Shown here: piece after piece, positions 18,992 through 29,480 of the stretch
Layout of the letters: each line of letters starts with the position of its first letter
Numbering within the stretch: the stretch's first letter is position 1
Assembly: GCA_043811375.1 (NCBI GenBank)
Contig: JBDRNJ010000009.1
Coordinates: forward strand, 32,001-96,000
DNA: 64,000 bases
Direction: 5' to 3'
From: a bacterium
Lineage (GTDB): Bacteria > Zixibacteria > MSB-5A5 > GN15 > FEB-12
Notes under the pieces: model-generated
The model's input: only the letters and a program-made list of their open reading frames with translations
Told to the model about the DNA's origin: nothing
Database searches by the model: none
Translations under genes and position numbers: made by a program

Positions 18992-20964
18992 TTACCTTGA
19001 GCAGTGAGGAGCACGGGGTCATTGCCAACTCTCGCTACGCGGTCGAACATTTCGCGCACCGTTGCGTACTCACCAACAGCAAACACCGGGCGTGATACAT
19101 CTATCATGTATTGGATCGTGGCTTGCGGTCCGTTGACCTGACACTGTCTTATGAAGTCAATACCATCAATGCGAAACGCAGTGTCGGCCGGAAGAATAAA
19201 TGCACACGATGTGTCCTCAGCCTCTAGAGTAACAATTCCGTGGTAGGTAAACGCGTAATTGAAATCGATGGGAAAGAATCGATAAAAGCTCTCGAAAGGA
19301 TTTCTGCCAAACAGGAAATTAGGTGCCCAAGCGATTAATCCATCATCTTGCTGTGCAGCAAAGCCGTCGAGACGATAGCTCGCCAGAACTTCAAAACGTC
19401 CCAGGCTGTCAAAATCACACTTATGACCCAGCTCCTGCACTTCAGGTAACAGCCCACCGAAAATATACTTGTGGAGAAAATCGTCCGGTGGCATGGATTC
19501 GTACTGCCAGCCGTATTCACTCGCCAGGTACCCGGTCAGCTTGCACGTAGTCGAGCAGGTAGCATTGCCCTCACTATCAATCTTGATCGATGTGACATCG
19601 AATCGGGAGGAGCGGGGATCATTGGTAACGACGCGAACAAGTCCCGATTGCTCGCCATCAACCAGCAGGCCGCCGTCCACCCGGCACTGGGGAGGGAGAG
19701 TCCCGTAAGTGCAATAACGCGATGAAGCATCCAGGTAGATTCCTCCCTGCTCAACTTCAGCAAACAAAATCATGTGGCTGAACTGGTCGAAGCTGATCCA
19801 GTTGGGGTCGAAGCGGGTTCCGTCACGAGGGCAGATCAGGACTGGCCAGGAATCGATACCTGCCTTGCGCAACATCTCAAGTAGCAGCAGATTCTTCTCC
19901 CAGGCACCACCATATCTTTCCTTCCAGAGACCGGACATGTTCTTGTGCCACCGATACGTGGAGTACCTGTCCTGCCTGGTCTCAAAAGAATTGACAACAT
20001 ACTTATAGAGCGCCTTCGACTTGGCGTACTTGGTATCACACTTCCTGGTCAGCTTGCGAATAGTTTCCCGAAAACCACGCGGCAGGGTCAGATAGTCCTT
20101 CACGAAGTCTTCGAATACACTCCCCATCTTGTCCCATGACTCAATAGCCTTGATTGTAACAAAGATACCGACCATCTTTTTGATCTGGATATATACCGCA
20201 GACTGGTAATCCTGCACACATGTCATGAATGGTTCTTCCTTGATCGGAGGCAACTTGGTGAGTGTCCAGGTATAGCAGCGGATCCGGCTGTCCTCGGCAG
20301 CACCTTCAACCTGTCCAGTGCGAGGGCGTTGCCGAGCCGGAGGCAGATTGATCGGGCGATAGACATACTCGCAGTCGTAGTTCAACCCCATAGTGAACTC
20401 GGAGAGTAGCGTGTATACGTGGCGATTGAAATACCATCGATAATAGCCCGGCCACTGGTAATGCATAAACTTGTAGTGATACTCGACAATTGAACCACTA
20501 TCCATAGATGGAAAGGCAAAGACCTGGAAACGCTCGTCATCAATTGTCTTGATTCTGAGGTCTTTCTCATCAACCACGGAGATAGTGCCGTCTGGTGATA
20601 TGGTTTGCGCTTCAAAGACCTCAATACCGGTTTTTTCAGGAAAAGGTATTGACACCTCTCCGATCTCATCAATCCCGGCCCGATTGAGCGCCTTCATACG
20701 GACGTGGCGCTCGAAACTTGTCATTAGAATCAAACCCACCCCCTCGACCTTGAGCGTACAGCAGTCGAACAGTACGAGTGAGTTAGCTGCCGGGAAATCG
20801 GACGGGGCACCCTGGGCACGCTCGAGCTCATCGATAACACCCCAGTCAGCACCTGTTGCTCCGGAAGCGGTAACAAGCAAGAATAGAAGTGTAACTATCT
20901 TGTTTCGAAGATTTGCCGTGGGCCAGCACTCTGGCCAGTCGATCAACCCAGCGCCACTCATCAA
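18988..20964 (-). CDS. DUF3857 + transglutaminase-like domain protein (catalytic Cys absent)
   Basis: GSIVEYHY, EEPFM, FSHMI and YLDAS motifs; YGGAWEKN in place of GDCKD; true start may be slightly downstream. Confidence 0.8.
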   Translation of the reverse strand: MMSGAGLIDWPECWPTANLRNKIVTLLFLLVTASGATGADWGVIDELERAQGAPSDFPAANSLVLFDCCTLKVEGVGLILMTSFERHVRMKALNRAGIDEIGEVSIPFPEKTGIEVFEAQTISPDGTISVVDEKDLRIKTIDDERFQVFAFPSMDSGSIVEYHYKFMHYQWPGYYRWYFNRHVYTLLSEFTMGLNYDCEYVYRPINLPPARQRPRTGQVEGAAEDSRIRCYTWTLTKLPPIKEEPFMTCVQDYQSAVYIQIKKMVGIFVTIKAIESWDKMGSVFEDFVKDYLTLPRGFRETIRKLTRKCDTKYAKSKALYKYVVNSFETRQDRYSTYRWHKNMSGLWKERYGGAWEKNLLLLEMLRKAGIDSWPVLICPRDGTRFDPNWISFDQFSHMILFAEVEQGGIYLDASSRYCTYGTLPPQCRVDGGLLVDGEQSGLVRVVTNDPRSSRFDVTSIKIDSEGNATCSTTCKLTGYLASEYGWQYESMPPDDFLHKYIFGGLLPEVQELGHKCDFDSLGRFEVLASYRLDGFAAQQDDGLIAWAPNFLFGRNPFESFYRFFPIDFNYAFTYHGIVTLEAEDTSCAFILPADTAFRIDGIDFIRQCQVNGPQATIQYMIDVSRPVFAVGEYATVREMFDRVARVGNDPVLLTAQGK

Positions 20965-21173
20965 CTGTAAACTAATTAAACATGTTCAACCCTGTCAAGT
21001 ATTTCTTGTAGCGGTCGTTCCACCGGCTGACATTTGTGCTTGACTAAAAAGGCGGCTTTCGGCTAAATTTCACCAGGTATTTTGCGTGCCTTACGGTTTT
21101 TGGAGAGGAAAGATACTATAACATTTCGTCCATCAACTACCTGTTTACCGGCGGGCCGGCGCCGGTGTGTTGA

Positions 21174-21752
21174 TTGAAACCGGGGTTGTATGTGAGCACA
21201 GTTTTTGAAACAACCCGACTCCGCATTCGCCGGCCAACCACTTCACCTGAGGATGTTGATCTCTTGTTTAATCTGTGGACCGACCCGCAGGTGATGGCCG
21301 ACGTCGGTTTCCCCGAGGGGCTGACCATAACACGTGAAGAAGTGAAGTGTCAAGTTGCCGGCTGGAACTCTTCCCCGGACAACGACAGACTGGTGGCGGC
21401 ACTAAAGGAATCGGGACAACTGATCGGAGAATGTAAGTTGGGTAAGCCCGATACCGACGGCACCTGTGAGACCGATGTAAAACTCCTGCCCCGGTTCTGG
21501 GGCCGGGGTCTGGGGACCGAGATCAAGCAGGGACTGGTGGATTACCTGTTCACACACACCGACTGTACTGCCGTCAGAGCCACCCCCAACAGGAATAACA
21601 TTGCCTCTCAGAAAATGCAGGAGGCAGTCGGTGGGAAAGTTGTCGATCAAGGCGTGTACCATTTCCCCAAGCCGTTACGTAGTCAAACCATTGACGTTCC
21701 TTACCTGGTTTATGTGGTAACCCGGGAGGAATGGCAGCGCCGTAGATGCTGA
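21174..21752 (+). CDS. GNAT family N-acetyltransferase (RimJ/RimL-like)
   Basis: ETTRLRIRR, FWGRGLGTE and NIASQK motifs; start codon uncertain. Confidence 0.88.
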   Translation: MKPGLYVSTVFETTRLRIRRPTTSPEDVDLLFNLWTDPQVMADVGFPEGLTITREEVKCQVAGWNSSPDNDRLVAALKESGQLIGECKLGKPDTDGTCETDVKLLPRFWGRGLGTEIKQGLVDYLFTHTDCTAVRATPNRNNIASQKMQEAVGGKVVDQGVYHFPKPLRSQTIDVPYLVYVVTREEWQRRRC

Positions 21753-21862
21753 ATGATCCTCCCTCGAACAGGCTGCTGCCGGCAGCGACACATTGTTATT
21801 GACGGCAGTAACGCTGTCCCTAACTTTGGCACAAAACATACCGGTAAAATGAGAGGTATCTG

Positions 21863-23026
21863 ATGATCAGATCGTTTTCCCCGTCCGTCTTCAAATGGTG
21901 CCCGGTGGCCACGTTGATCCTGGCTCTGAGCGTCTTGTCCCCGGGAGTGTGGATTCTGCCGGCAACGGCCTCTACCGAGGGCGCCGACTCGACAGCAGTC
22001 GTTGTGCTTGACGATGGTCCACATCTTTACCGGCAAAACGACACCTCTGTTATTGCCTTCTACTTGTGTGGTGGCGAGATCGTGCGAAGGACAATGACGG
22101 TGATCGATACTCTACGCTTCCATGGCTTCTGTGCCGACAGTTTGAAAGAGTACGTAATCACTACTGTCGTTCCCGCAGTCGACAGCTTCAGCTTCGAGGG
22201 TGTCTCCCGGATACTGGCTGTCAGTGATATTCATGGCGAATACGAGCACCTGGTGGACATTTTGACTGCCGGTGGCGTCATCGACGACAACGGTCACTGG
22301 TGCTGGGGAGATGGACACCTGGTGGTTGTCGGCGATATCTTTGATCGCGGGAACCGGGTAACGGAGTGTCTGTGGCTGATCTATCGACTCCAGCAGGAGG
22401 CCCGGCACACCGGCGGACGAGTTCATTTCATACTCGGCAATCACGAACTGATGGTTCTGAGAGGTGATAATCGATACGTCAATGACAAATACCTGAAAGG
22501 AATCGTCCGCCGGAGCAGGATATCACACCAGGACCTGTACGGCCCTGATATGGAACTGGGCTGGTGGCTGCGTTCCCTGCCGTCCATAGTCAGGCTCAAC
22601 GGGATCATCTTCGTCCACGCCGGCCTCTCCCCGGCTGTTATGCAGCGGAACCTGGGATTGAAAGACATCAACACTGTCATCCGGGACGGCCTGGACCTCA
22701 GGTCATCACAGGTGGCTTTCAGTGATACCGTGAAGTTCCTGTTCGGTAGTCAGGGACCACTGTGGTACCGTGGTTACCACTACGAAATGGAGAACCGTTA
22801 TGCAATGGCCACCGTGTCTCAACTCGACAGCATCCTGGGGTACTATGCAGCAGTTGCGATTGTCGTCGGTCATACCGAAGTGGACAGTGTGCTGGGATTG
22901 TTTGACGGACGGATAATCGCCGTCGACGTGCCCGTTGACGAACTTGGGGGCTTGCAGGCTCTTCTTTGGGAAAACGGTCGTTTCTATCGAGTCGGTCCTG
23001 CCGGTGAACGGCAGGTGATGGATTAA
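21863..23026 (+). CDS. Exported calcineurin-like metallophosphoesterase (Shewanella-like phosphatase type)
   Basis: SDIHG, GDIFDRG, GNHE, VHAG, GPLWYRG and VGHT motifs; N-terminal signal peptide. Confidence 0.88.
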   Translation: MIRSFSPSVFKWCPVATLILALSVLSPGVWILPATASTEGADSTAVVVLDDGPHLYRQNDTSVIAFYLCGGEIVRRTMTVIDTLRFHGFCADSLKEYVITTVVPAVDSFSFEGVSRILAVSDIHGEYEHLVDILTAGGVIDDNGHWCWGDGHLVVVGDIFDRGNRVTECLWLIYRLQQEARHTGGRVHFILGNHELMVLRGDNRYVNDKYLKGIVRRSRISHQDLYGPDMELGWWLRSLPSIVRLNGIIFVHAGLSPAVMQRNLGLKDINTVIRDGLDLRSSQVAFSDTVKFLFGSQGPLWYRGYHYEMENRYAMATVSQLDSILGYYAAVAIVVGHTEVDSVLGLFDGRIIAVDVPVDELGGLQALLWENGRFYRVGPAGERQVMD

Positions 23027-23052
23027 ACCACTCGCGGCGGTCGGCACCGCTG

Positions 23053-24255
23053 CTAATCGCTGGTCATAATGAACAACGGCTGCATCTCGAAACTTTTGTA
23101 TTGGGGTCGCAGCCTGTCGATGTTGTAGTACTTCTCGATGTTGACGAACTTCTTGGTGCTGGTGACTATATCGATCGGTACGTTATCATAACGCCCGTTT
23201 TTTAAGACCACCAGGCGGCCGTGAATCCTCTTCATGATGAGATCCAGGGCCAGGTTGCCGTAAGCCATGGGAACAATGGAATCAATAGCGTCAGGGTCCC
23301 CGCAACGCACCATGTAACCCAGTTTCTGGGTGATGACATCGATGGATCTGCCGCCGTTGAATTCCGGAGACAGCCGCTTCAACTCCGCCGAAACGAGGTC
23401 ACCGATGCCGCCCAGCTTGGCATGTCCGAATGCATCACGGGCCATGTCCTTGTAAACCATCTCGCTGCCTTCAAACATGGCACCTTCCGATACCAGCACC
23501 ACCGAGTATTTGCTGGTGCTGGCGCGACGATCGGCCGTCAGTAATTCGGTCAGACGTTCTACATTGAATCTGTGTTCCGGAATGACGCAGCGGTTAGCGG
23601 CCCCGGCCATGGTCGGCAACATCGCCGTGAATCCCGCGTAGCGACCAAAAACCTCCAGCACCAGAAATCTCTCATGCGAACCGGCGGATGTCCGCAGGCT
23701 TCGCGTCAGCATGATGGTACGGGTAACGCAGGTGCTGAAACCGATACAGTAGTCGGTACCGGGAACGTCGTTGTCCATCGTTTTGGGGATAGCCACGACG
23801 TTGATACCTTCCTTGTAGAGGCGTACAGCATAGCTGAGCGTATCATCGCCACCGATCGGAATGAGGTAGTCAACACCGAGATAATCCAGGTTTTTTAAGA
23901 CTTCCGGTGTCAGATCGTTCATGGGAGCCGAGTAATTATCCTGCAAGTGGGTCGGTACGCTGTCCCGCGGTACATGGGCGGGATGAGTGCGAGAGCTGTG
24001 CAGAAAAGTGCCACCCGTCTGGCCTGCTTTGTTGACTATCTCCTCGGTAAGAATCTGGAAGTTGTCACTGTTATCGACCTTTTTCTGGCGAATCAGATCG
24101 ATGGCACCGGCCCAACCGCGCCTGATGCCGATCACCTGGTACCCCTCCCTGAGAGCTCTGATGGTGATAGCCCTGATGGCCGGATTCAAACCCGGGACGT
24201 CCCCACCGCCGGTCAGAATAGCTATGACACCCTTCTTCTTCTTCACATTTGCCAC
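23053..24255 (-). CDS. 6-phosphofructokinase, PfkA family, probably PPi-dependent
   Basis: ILTGGGDVPGLN, GGDD, PKTMDND and EVFGR motifs; GTG start at 24255 preceded by GGAGG. Confidence 0.9.
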   Translation of the reverse strand: MANVKKKKGVIAILTGGGDVPGLNPAIRAITIRALREGYQVIGIRRGWAGAIDLIRQKKVDNSDNFQILTEEIVNKAGQTGGTFLHSSRTHPAHVPRDSVPTHLQDNYSAPMNDLTPEVLKNLDYLGVDYLIPIGGDDTLSYAVRLYKEGINVVAIPKTMDNDVPGTDYCIGFSTCVTRTIMLTRSLRTSAGSHERFLVLEVFGRYAGFTAMLPTMAGAANRCVIPEHRFNVERLTELLTADRRASTSKYSVVLVSEGAMFEGSEMVYKDMARDAFGHAKLGGIGDLVSAELKRLSPEFNGGRSIDVITQKLGYMVRCGDPDAIDSIVPMAYGNLALDLIMKRIHGRLVVLKNGRYDNVPIDIVTSTKKFVNIEKYYNIDRLRPQYKSFEMQPLFIMTSD

Positions 24256-24492
24256 ACTCAATCCTCCGTTAGTCTGCGGCGCCGTCCGAACCGACTCGTG
24301 CAGCGCCATTCGACCAACAATAACGCACGCTTGCAGAGATTTCGCAAACAATTCCGGACACCGACCCTACATTGCGGAATATCCCCCCTGACGGTCGGAT
24401 TCCCGGGCTACAATTCGAGTTATCGGTCGAGGTACGATATACCTTCACAACCAGGGGCAAGAGCAGCTGTCCTTGACAAGTGACCGGTATGT

Positions 24493-25608
24493 TTGCACAT
24501 TGGCTTATTAGTCCTGCCCCGACGAGGTTGCGGCCCGGAAATAGGCCGGACACCCGGGACGGACGAGACAATTTCAAACTATGGTGAAATAATTTTGGAT
24601 ATTTGGCCCCGACTTTCAGTGGTTATCCCCATCCGCAACGAGGAGCGGTTTATCGCCCGCACGCTCGGTTACGTGCAGAACCAGGACTACCCGGCGGACC
24701 GGGTTGAAATCCTGGTGATTGATGGTGAATCCACTGACCGATCGGTTGACATCGTCAATGAGATTGCGGTTCTTGATCGGCGAGTGCAGTTGCTGCGCAA
24801 TAGCCGACGACTGTCCTCGGCGGCCCGCAATATCGGCGCCCGTCACGCCGGCGGGGAAATCCTGCTCTACATCGACGGACACGTACACATCGAAAACAAT
24901 GATCTGTTCAAGAATGTCGCCCGATTGATGAAGGAAAAAGAGGTGTCAGTTCTGAGCCGTCCGGCTTTTCTGAAAACACCTGATAACGGCTTTTTTCAGA
25001 ATGCTGTGGCGCTGGCCCGAAGGTCACCTCTGGGCCACGGGTTGGATTCAACCGTCTTCACAAGCGAGGAACGGTACGTCAATCCGGAGAGTTCCGGCAC
25101 TTTCTATCGCAGGGAAATCATCGAAGAAGTCGGCTTTTTTGATGAGAGTTTCGACGCTGCTGAGGACTTCGAGTTTAATTACCGGCTTCGCCGGAAGGGG
25201 TATCAGTCATATACATCGCCGAAATTGCAAATCTCCTACTACCCCCGCGATAGCCTGGGCAAACTCTGGCAACAGATGAAACGATACGGCAAAGGGCGCT
25301 GTCAACTCGTCTGGAAACATCCTGACGCGTTTTCACCTGGAGCCGCGATACCGACGGTCCTGGTATTGGGATTACCGCTGCTGTTGTTACTGTCGCTGCT
25401 GATTCCGATGGCTCTGACTGTCACAATCGGTATCTATGGGCTGTACCTGGCCATCATCCTGCTAACGTCAGTTGTCATTGCTGCTCGCAATGGCTGGATT
25501 CACCTGAGGTCACTACCGGGAATATTCCTGGCCATTCACTGGGGAGTAGGCTGGGGTTTCCTGGCTGAAATGTGGCGTCTGATCCGATCTCAGCAGCGGG
25601 CTGGGTGA
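24493..25608 (+). CDS. Glycosyltransferase family 2 (ExoA-like) with C-terminal TM helices
   Basis: SVVIPIRNEE, IDGESTD, IDGH and AEDFEFNYR motifs; real start probably near 24595. Confidence 0.88.
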   Translation: MHIGLLVLPRRGCGPEIGRTPGTDETISNYGEIILDIWPRLSVVIPIRNEERFIARTLGYVQNQDYPADRVEILVIDGESTDRSVDIVNEIAVLDRRVQLLRNSRRLSSAARNIGARHAGGEILLYIDGHVHIENNDLFKNVARLMKEKEVSVLSRPAFLKTPDNGFFQNAVALARRSPLGHGLDSTVFTSEERYVNPESSGTFYRREIIEEVGFFDESFDAAEDFEFNYRLRRKGYQSYTSPKLQISYYPRDSLGKLWQQMKRYGKGRCQLVWKHPDAFSPGAAIPTVLVLGLPLLLLLSLLIPMALTVTIGIYGLYLAIILLTSVVIAARNGWIHLRSLPGIFLAIHWGVGWGFLAEMWRLIRSQQRAG

Positions 25609-25612
25609 TGTT

Positions 25613-26632
25613 TTGCCGCCCGGATCACCTTTGTTCGGGGTTGTGGCACGTATGCTGAGGCAAACCGGTAACCGGGTGCTGACAACCCTGCTGCAGCCGC
25701 CGGGATTCCGACCAGTATTATGGCCGGAGGAGAAGACCTTTGCTTTCACGGTTATTGACGACACCGATCAGGCAACATTGCCGGCGGTGCAACCTATATA
25801 CGAACTGCTGCATCAGCTTGGCCTTCACACCACCAAGACAGTGTGGGTGGAACCCACCGTAGAGCCGGAAGAAAATGACAGTTGCGGCGACACTCTGGCG
25901 GACGAACCCTACCGTGATTTCATTCTCCGGTTGCAGGACCGCGGTTTCGAGATTGCTTTTCATGGCGCTCGCGGCGGCAGCAGTAAGCGTCTTGAGACAA
26001 AAGCAGCCCTTGAGCAATTTCAACGGATACTGGGACATGATCCCAAAGTTCATGTGAACCACTTCCAGAACCGGGAAAATCTTTATGGCGGCAGGCACAA
26101 ACTCGATTTCCGGCCGCTGCGATGGCTCTATAGCCTGTTTCTACGATGGAATTTCGAAGGCCATAACCCCCAGTCGCCCTACTTCTGGGGTGATCTGGCT
26201 AAACGACACATTACCTATGTTCGGGATTTTCACTTCGATGAGATTGACGTTATGCAAATCTACCCGCTGCTGCCATTCCATGATCCCCGCCGGCCCTACG
26301 TGAATTTCTGGTTTCATGCATCCGACGGCTCCAATATCGATTCATTTGTCCGCCTGCTTAGCCGGGAGAATCTCAATCGGCTGGAGCATAATCATGGCTT
26401 GTGCATTGTCTATACCCACTTCGGCAAAGGCTTCTGCACCGATGGTGAGGTCGGCGGCGCTGTGGCCGACCGCCTGCGTGATGTTGCTGGCCGTGACGGC
26501 TGGTTCGCGCCGGTGGGTGAAATTCTGGATTACCTTCGCCGTCAAAACGGCGATCAGACGATCAGCTACAAGAATCGCGTCTATATGGAATTGCGGTGGG
26601 CACTGGAGAAACTGGGCCGGGGCACGACGTAG
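25613..26632 (+). CDS. Polysaccharide deacetylase-like (NodB-fold) protein
   Basis: FTVIDDTD, EIAFHG, YTHF motifs; directly follows the GT2 gene; start uncertain. Confidence 0.6.
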   Translation: MPPGSPLFGVVARMLRQTGNRVLTTLLQPPGFRPVLWPEEKTFAFTVIDDTDQATLPAVQPIYELLHQLGLHTTKTVWVEPTVEPEENDSCGDTLADEPYRDFILRLQDRGFEIAFHGARGGSSKRLETKAALEQFQRILGHDPKVHVNHFQNRENLYGGRHKLDFRPLRWLYSLFLRWNFEGHNPQSPYFWGDLAKRHITYVRDFHFDEIDVMQIYPLLPFHDPRRPYVNFWFHASDGSNIDSFVRLLSRENLNRLEHNHGLCIVYTHFGKGFCTDGEVGGAVADRLRDVAGRDGWFAPVGEILDYLRRQNGDQTISYKNRVYMELRWALEKLGRGTT

Positions 26633-26819
26633 GCAGCCTGATCGAAAAGAGACAAATCGAGCCGCTACATTCACAGTTACCGGGCATCAACCTTTACGTC
26701 ATCAGGTGACAGCCGACAGGGAATAATTTTCAAGTTGCCGGAATGCTCAACACCCGGCTATCTTGGGTATTGTCTGTGGAGAGCAGTTTGAAAGGCTGTA
26801 TTTTCCGGACGGAGATTCT

Positions 26820-29468
26820 ATGACCCAACAGGATGACAGCGACAAGACCCGGAACCACATCGCCCTGACTAAGGGCACGATGGTTTCTCATTACCGCATC
26901 GTTGAGAAGATCGGCGCTGGTGGGATGGGGGAGGTCTATCTGGCCGAGGATACCAAACTCAATCGCAAGGTGGCGTTGAAATTCCTGCCGCCGCACCTGT
27001 GTCGGGACAAAGATTGCCGGGCGCGATTCAAGCGCGAGGCTCAGGCCGCTGCCAAATTGGATCACCCCAATATTGTCACCATCCATGAAGTCAATGAGTA
27101 CCAGGGGCGACCGTTCTTTGCCATGCAGCACCTTGAGGGAGAGTCATTGCACGATCTGATCAAGGGTAAGGAGCTGCCGGTAGACAGGGTTATCGGTCTT
27201 TCTACCCAGATTTGCGACGGGCTGACTAAAGCTCATCAGGCCGGTATAACACACCGCGATATTAAGCCATCCAACATCGTCATAGATGCCGATGGCCGAC
27301 CCCGGCTGGTCGATTTCGGACTGGCTGCCATCAAGGGTGGCGAGCAGCTTACCAAAACCGGATCGACGCTGGGCACCGTCTCCTATATGTCACCCGAACA
27401 GGTGCAGGGCAAAGAAGTTGACCACCGCTCCGACTTGTTTGCTTTTGGTGTCGTGCTTTACGAATTGATCTGCGGCAAGCGTCCGTTTGAGGGTGACAGT
27501 GAGACCGCCACCATGAACGCTATCAACAACCTCCCGCCACAGCCGTTGTCCAGATACCGTGCCGATGTGCCTGATGATTTACAACGCATTGTATCGAAAC
27601 TGCTGGAAAAAGACCCCGGCCTGCGTTATCAGAGCGCCGACGGTGTAGCTGTCGATATGCGACGGCTGGTTGCCGGCAGTACGACCGGTGTCATGCCTGC
27701 TGCCGCTAAACCGCGATTCAACAAAGTCCTGGTTGGTACGGTCGTTCTCCTGCTGGCGGTGATCGTGGCAGGGACTTTATACAAGCTGCTCGCACCCGAA
27801 AGAAAAGACGCAGCCGAGAGCAAAAAGATGCTGGCGGTGCTGCCGTTTGAGAACCTGGGCAATCCGGAAGATGAATACTTCGCTGATGGTATCACCGATG
27901 AAATCACATCTCGGTTAGCCTCAGTTCATGTCCTGGGCGTTATATCTCGTACCAGTGCCTATACCTTCAAGAACTCCGAGAAAACTCTCCCGGAGATAGC
28001 TCGCCAACTGGGTGTAGACTATATCCTCGAAGGCACCATCCGCTGGGACAAGACCGGTGATACTGACCGGGTGCGCATCACACCGCAGCTAATAAGAGTT
28101 TCCGATGATCGTCACCTGTGGGCTGATAACTATGAACGGGATCTAACCCAGGTGTTTACCGTTCAGTCGGAAATCGCCGGTCATGTTGCTGCTGCGCTCA
28201 ATGTCGCGCTGGGAGAACCGGAGAGACTGCGGATTGAAACCGAGCCAACTACGAATGTCGAGGCATACGTTTATTTCCTGCGTGGCAGGGAGTACTTTGA
28301 GCGAGGCGGGCAGCGTAATTGCGACGAACTCGCTATCAGAATGTGGGAACGGGCGATTGAGCTGGATTCCTCGTTTGCCCTCGCCTATGCATGGCTGGCT
28401 CGAGCACATTCGTACTCATACTTCAATTGGCCGGATAAAGGATCAGGAAGGCTGGAACTGGCCAAGAACGCTGCGGAAACTGCCCTCCGTCTGAGTGACC
28501 AAAGCGCGGATGGTCACATGGCGATGGGATATTACTATTACTACAGTAACAGGAATTACGATCGCGCTCTGGAGCATTTCCTTCTGGCATTGAGAGAGCA
28601 GCCGAATAACAGCGATCTACATGGGGCAGTGGCCTATATTCAGCGCCGGCAGGGGAAATGGGAAGAAGCACTGGTCAGCCTGCGGAAAGCCGCCAGGCTC
28701 AATCCACGTTCAGTTGAGCTAGCGGAGAACCTTCAAATCACAGCACTTTTCTTGAGGCGATATACGGAAGCCAAACGATACTTCGATCTGGGTCGCCAGA
28801 TCGCACCCGATGACAAACGTCTCTATGATTTGGAATCCTGGCGGTGTATAACGGTGAATGGTGATACACGACAAGCCCGCCAGGTGCTGGAAGAAGGCCG
28901 GCGTCTGGTAGGACCGACCCTCCTGGCTGAGGAATTCGAGCTTCTGGACATGTACGACCGCGACTTCGAGTCCGCCTTAGGCCATCGGCCTTCCTCTGAT
29001 GCGGCGAGCCCGGACGATGACTTTGATTATTTCCTCTTCAGAGGGTGGCTCTATTCGTTCATGGGTAGGCGCGCAACCAGTGTTTCATACTTCGATTCAG
29101 CGAGGGTCAAATACGAGCAGGCTGTTGCTCAAGCTCCTGACTTCGCCTACCATCGCTCACGCCTGGCTATAGCCTACGCCGGCGTTGGGCGGACTGATGA
29201 TGCCATTCGAGAGTGCGAAACCGCGATGGGCCTGTTGCTGATCACAGAAGATGCCCTCTTACGACCGATGGTGCTGGCGACCCTGGCTGATGCCTACATC
29301 CTAACGGGGAAGCATGAACTGGCTATCGAGACGCTCGATTCTATTCTCTCAATGCCGTTCGTATACAGCGTACAAACACTGAGACTCGATCCCAGATTCG
29401 ACCCCCTCCGCGACCACCCGCGCTTTCAGGCACTGATCGAGAAGTATGAGAAGGAACATGGAAACTGA
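26820..29468 (+). CDS. Hanks-type Ser/Thr protein kinase with TM, TolB_N-like domain and TPRs
   Basis: GAGGMGEVY, VALKFL, HRDIKPSN, DFG, YMSPEQ; LAVLPFENL; TPRs; C-terminal DPRFDPLRDHPRFQ; ATG 26820 after GGAG. Confidence 0.93.
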   Translation: MTQQDDSDKTRNHIALTKGTMVSHYRIVEKIGAGGMGEVYLAEDTKLNRKVALKFLPPHLCRDKDCRARFKREAQAAAKLDHPNIVTIHEVNEYQGRPFFAMQHLEGESLHDLIKGKELPVDRVIGLSTQICDGLTKAHQAGITHRDIKPSNIVIDADGRPRLVDFGLAAIKGGEQLTKTGSTLGTVSYMSPEQVQGKEVDHRSDLFAFGVVLYELICGKRPFEGDSETATMNAINNLPPQPLSRYRADVPDDLQRIVSKLLEKDPGLRYQSADGVAVDMRRLVAGSTTGVMPAAAKPRFNKVLVGTVVLLLAVIVAGTLYKLLAPERKDAAESKKMLAVLPFENLGNPEDEYFADGITDEITSRLASVHVLGVISRTSAYTFKNSEKTLPEIARQLGVDYILEGTIRWDKTGDTDRVRITPQLIRVSDDRHLWADNYERDLTQVFTVQSEIAGHVAAALNVALGEPERLRIETEPTTNVEAYVYFLRGREYFERGGQRNCDELAIRMWERAIELDSSFALAYAWLARAHSYSYFNWPDKGSGRLELAKNAAETALRLSDQSADGHMAMGYYYYYSNRNYDRALEHFLLALREQPNNSDLHGAVAYIQRRQGKWEEALVSLRKAARLNPRSVELAENLQITALFLRRYTEAKRYFDLGRQIAPDDKRLYDLESWRCITVNGDTRQARQVLEEGRRLVGPTLLAEEFELLDMYDRDFESALGHRPSSDAASPDDDFDYFLFRGWLYSFMGRRATSVSYFDSARVKYEQAVAQAPDFAYHRSRLAIAYAGVGRTDDAIRECETAMGLLLITEDALLRPMVLATLADAYILTGKHELAIETLDSILSMPFVYSVQTLRLDPRFDPLRDHPRFQALIEKYEKEHGN

Positions 29469-29480
29469 GGATAGCACAAT

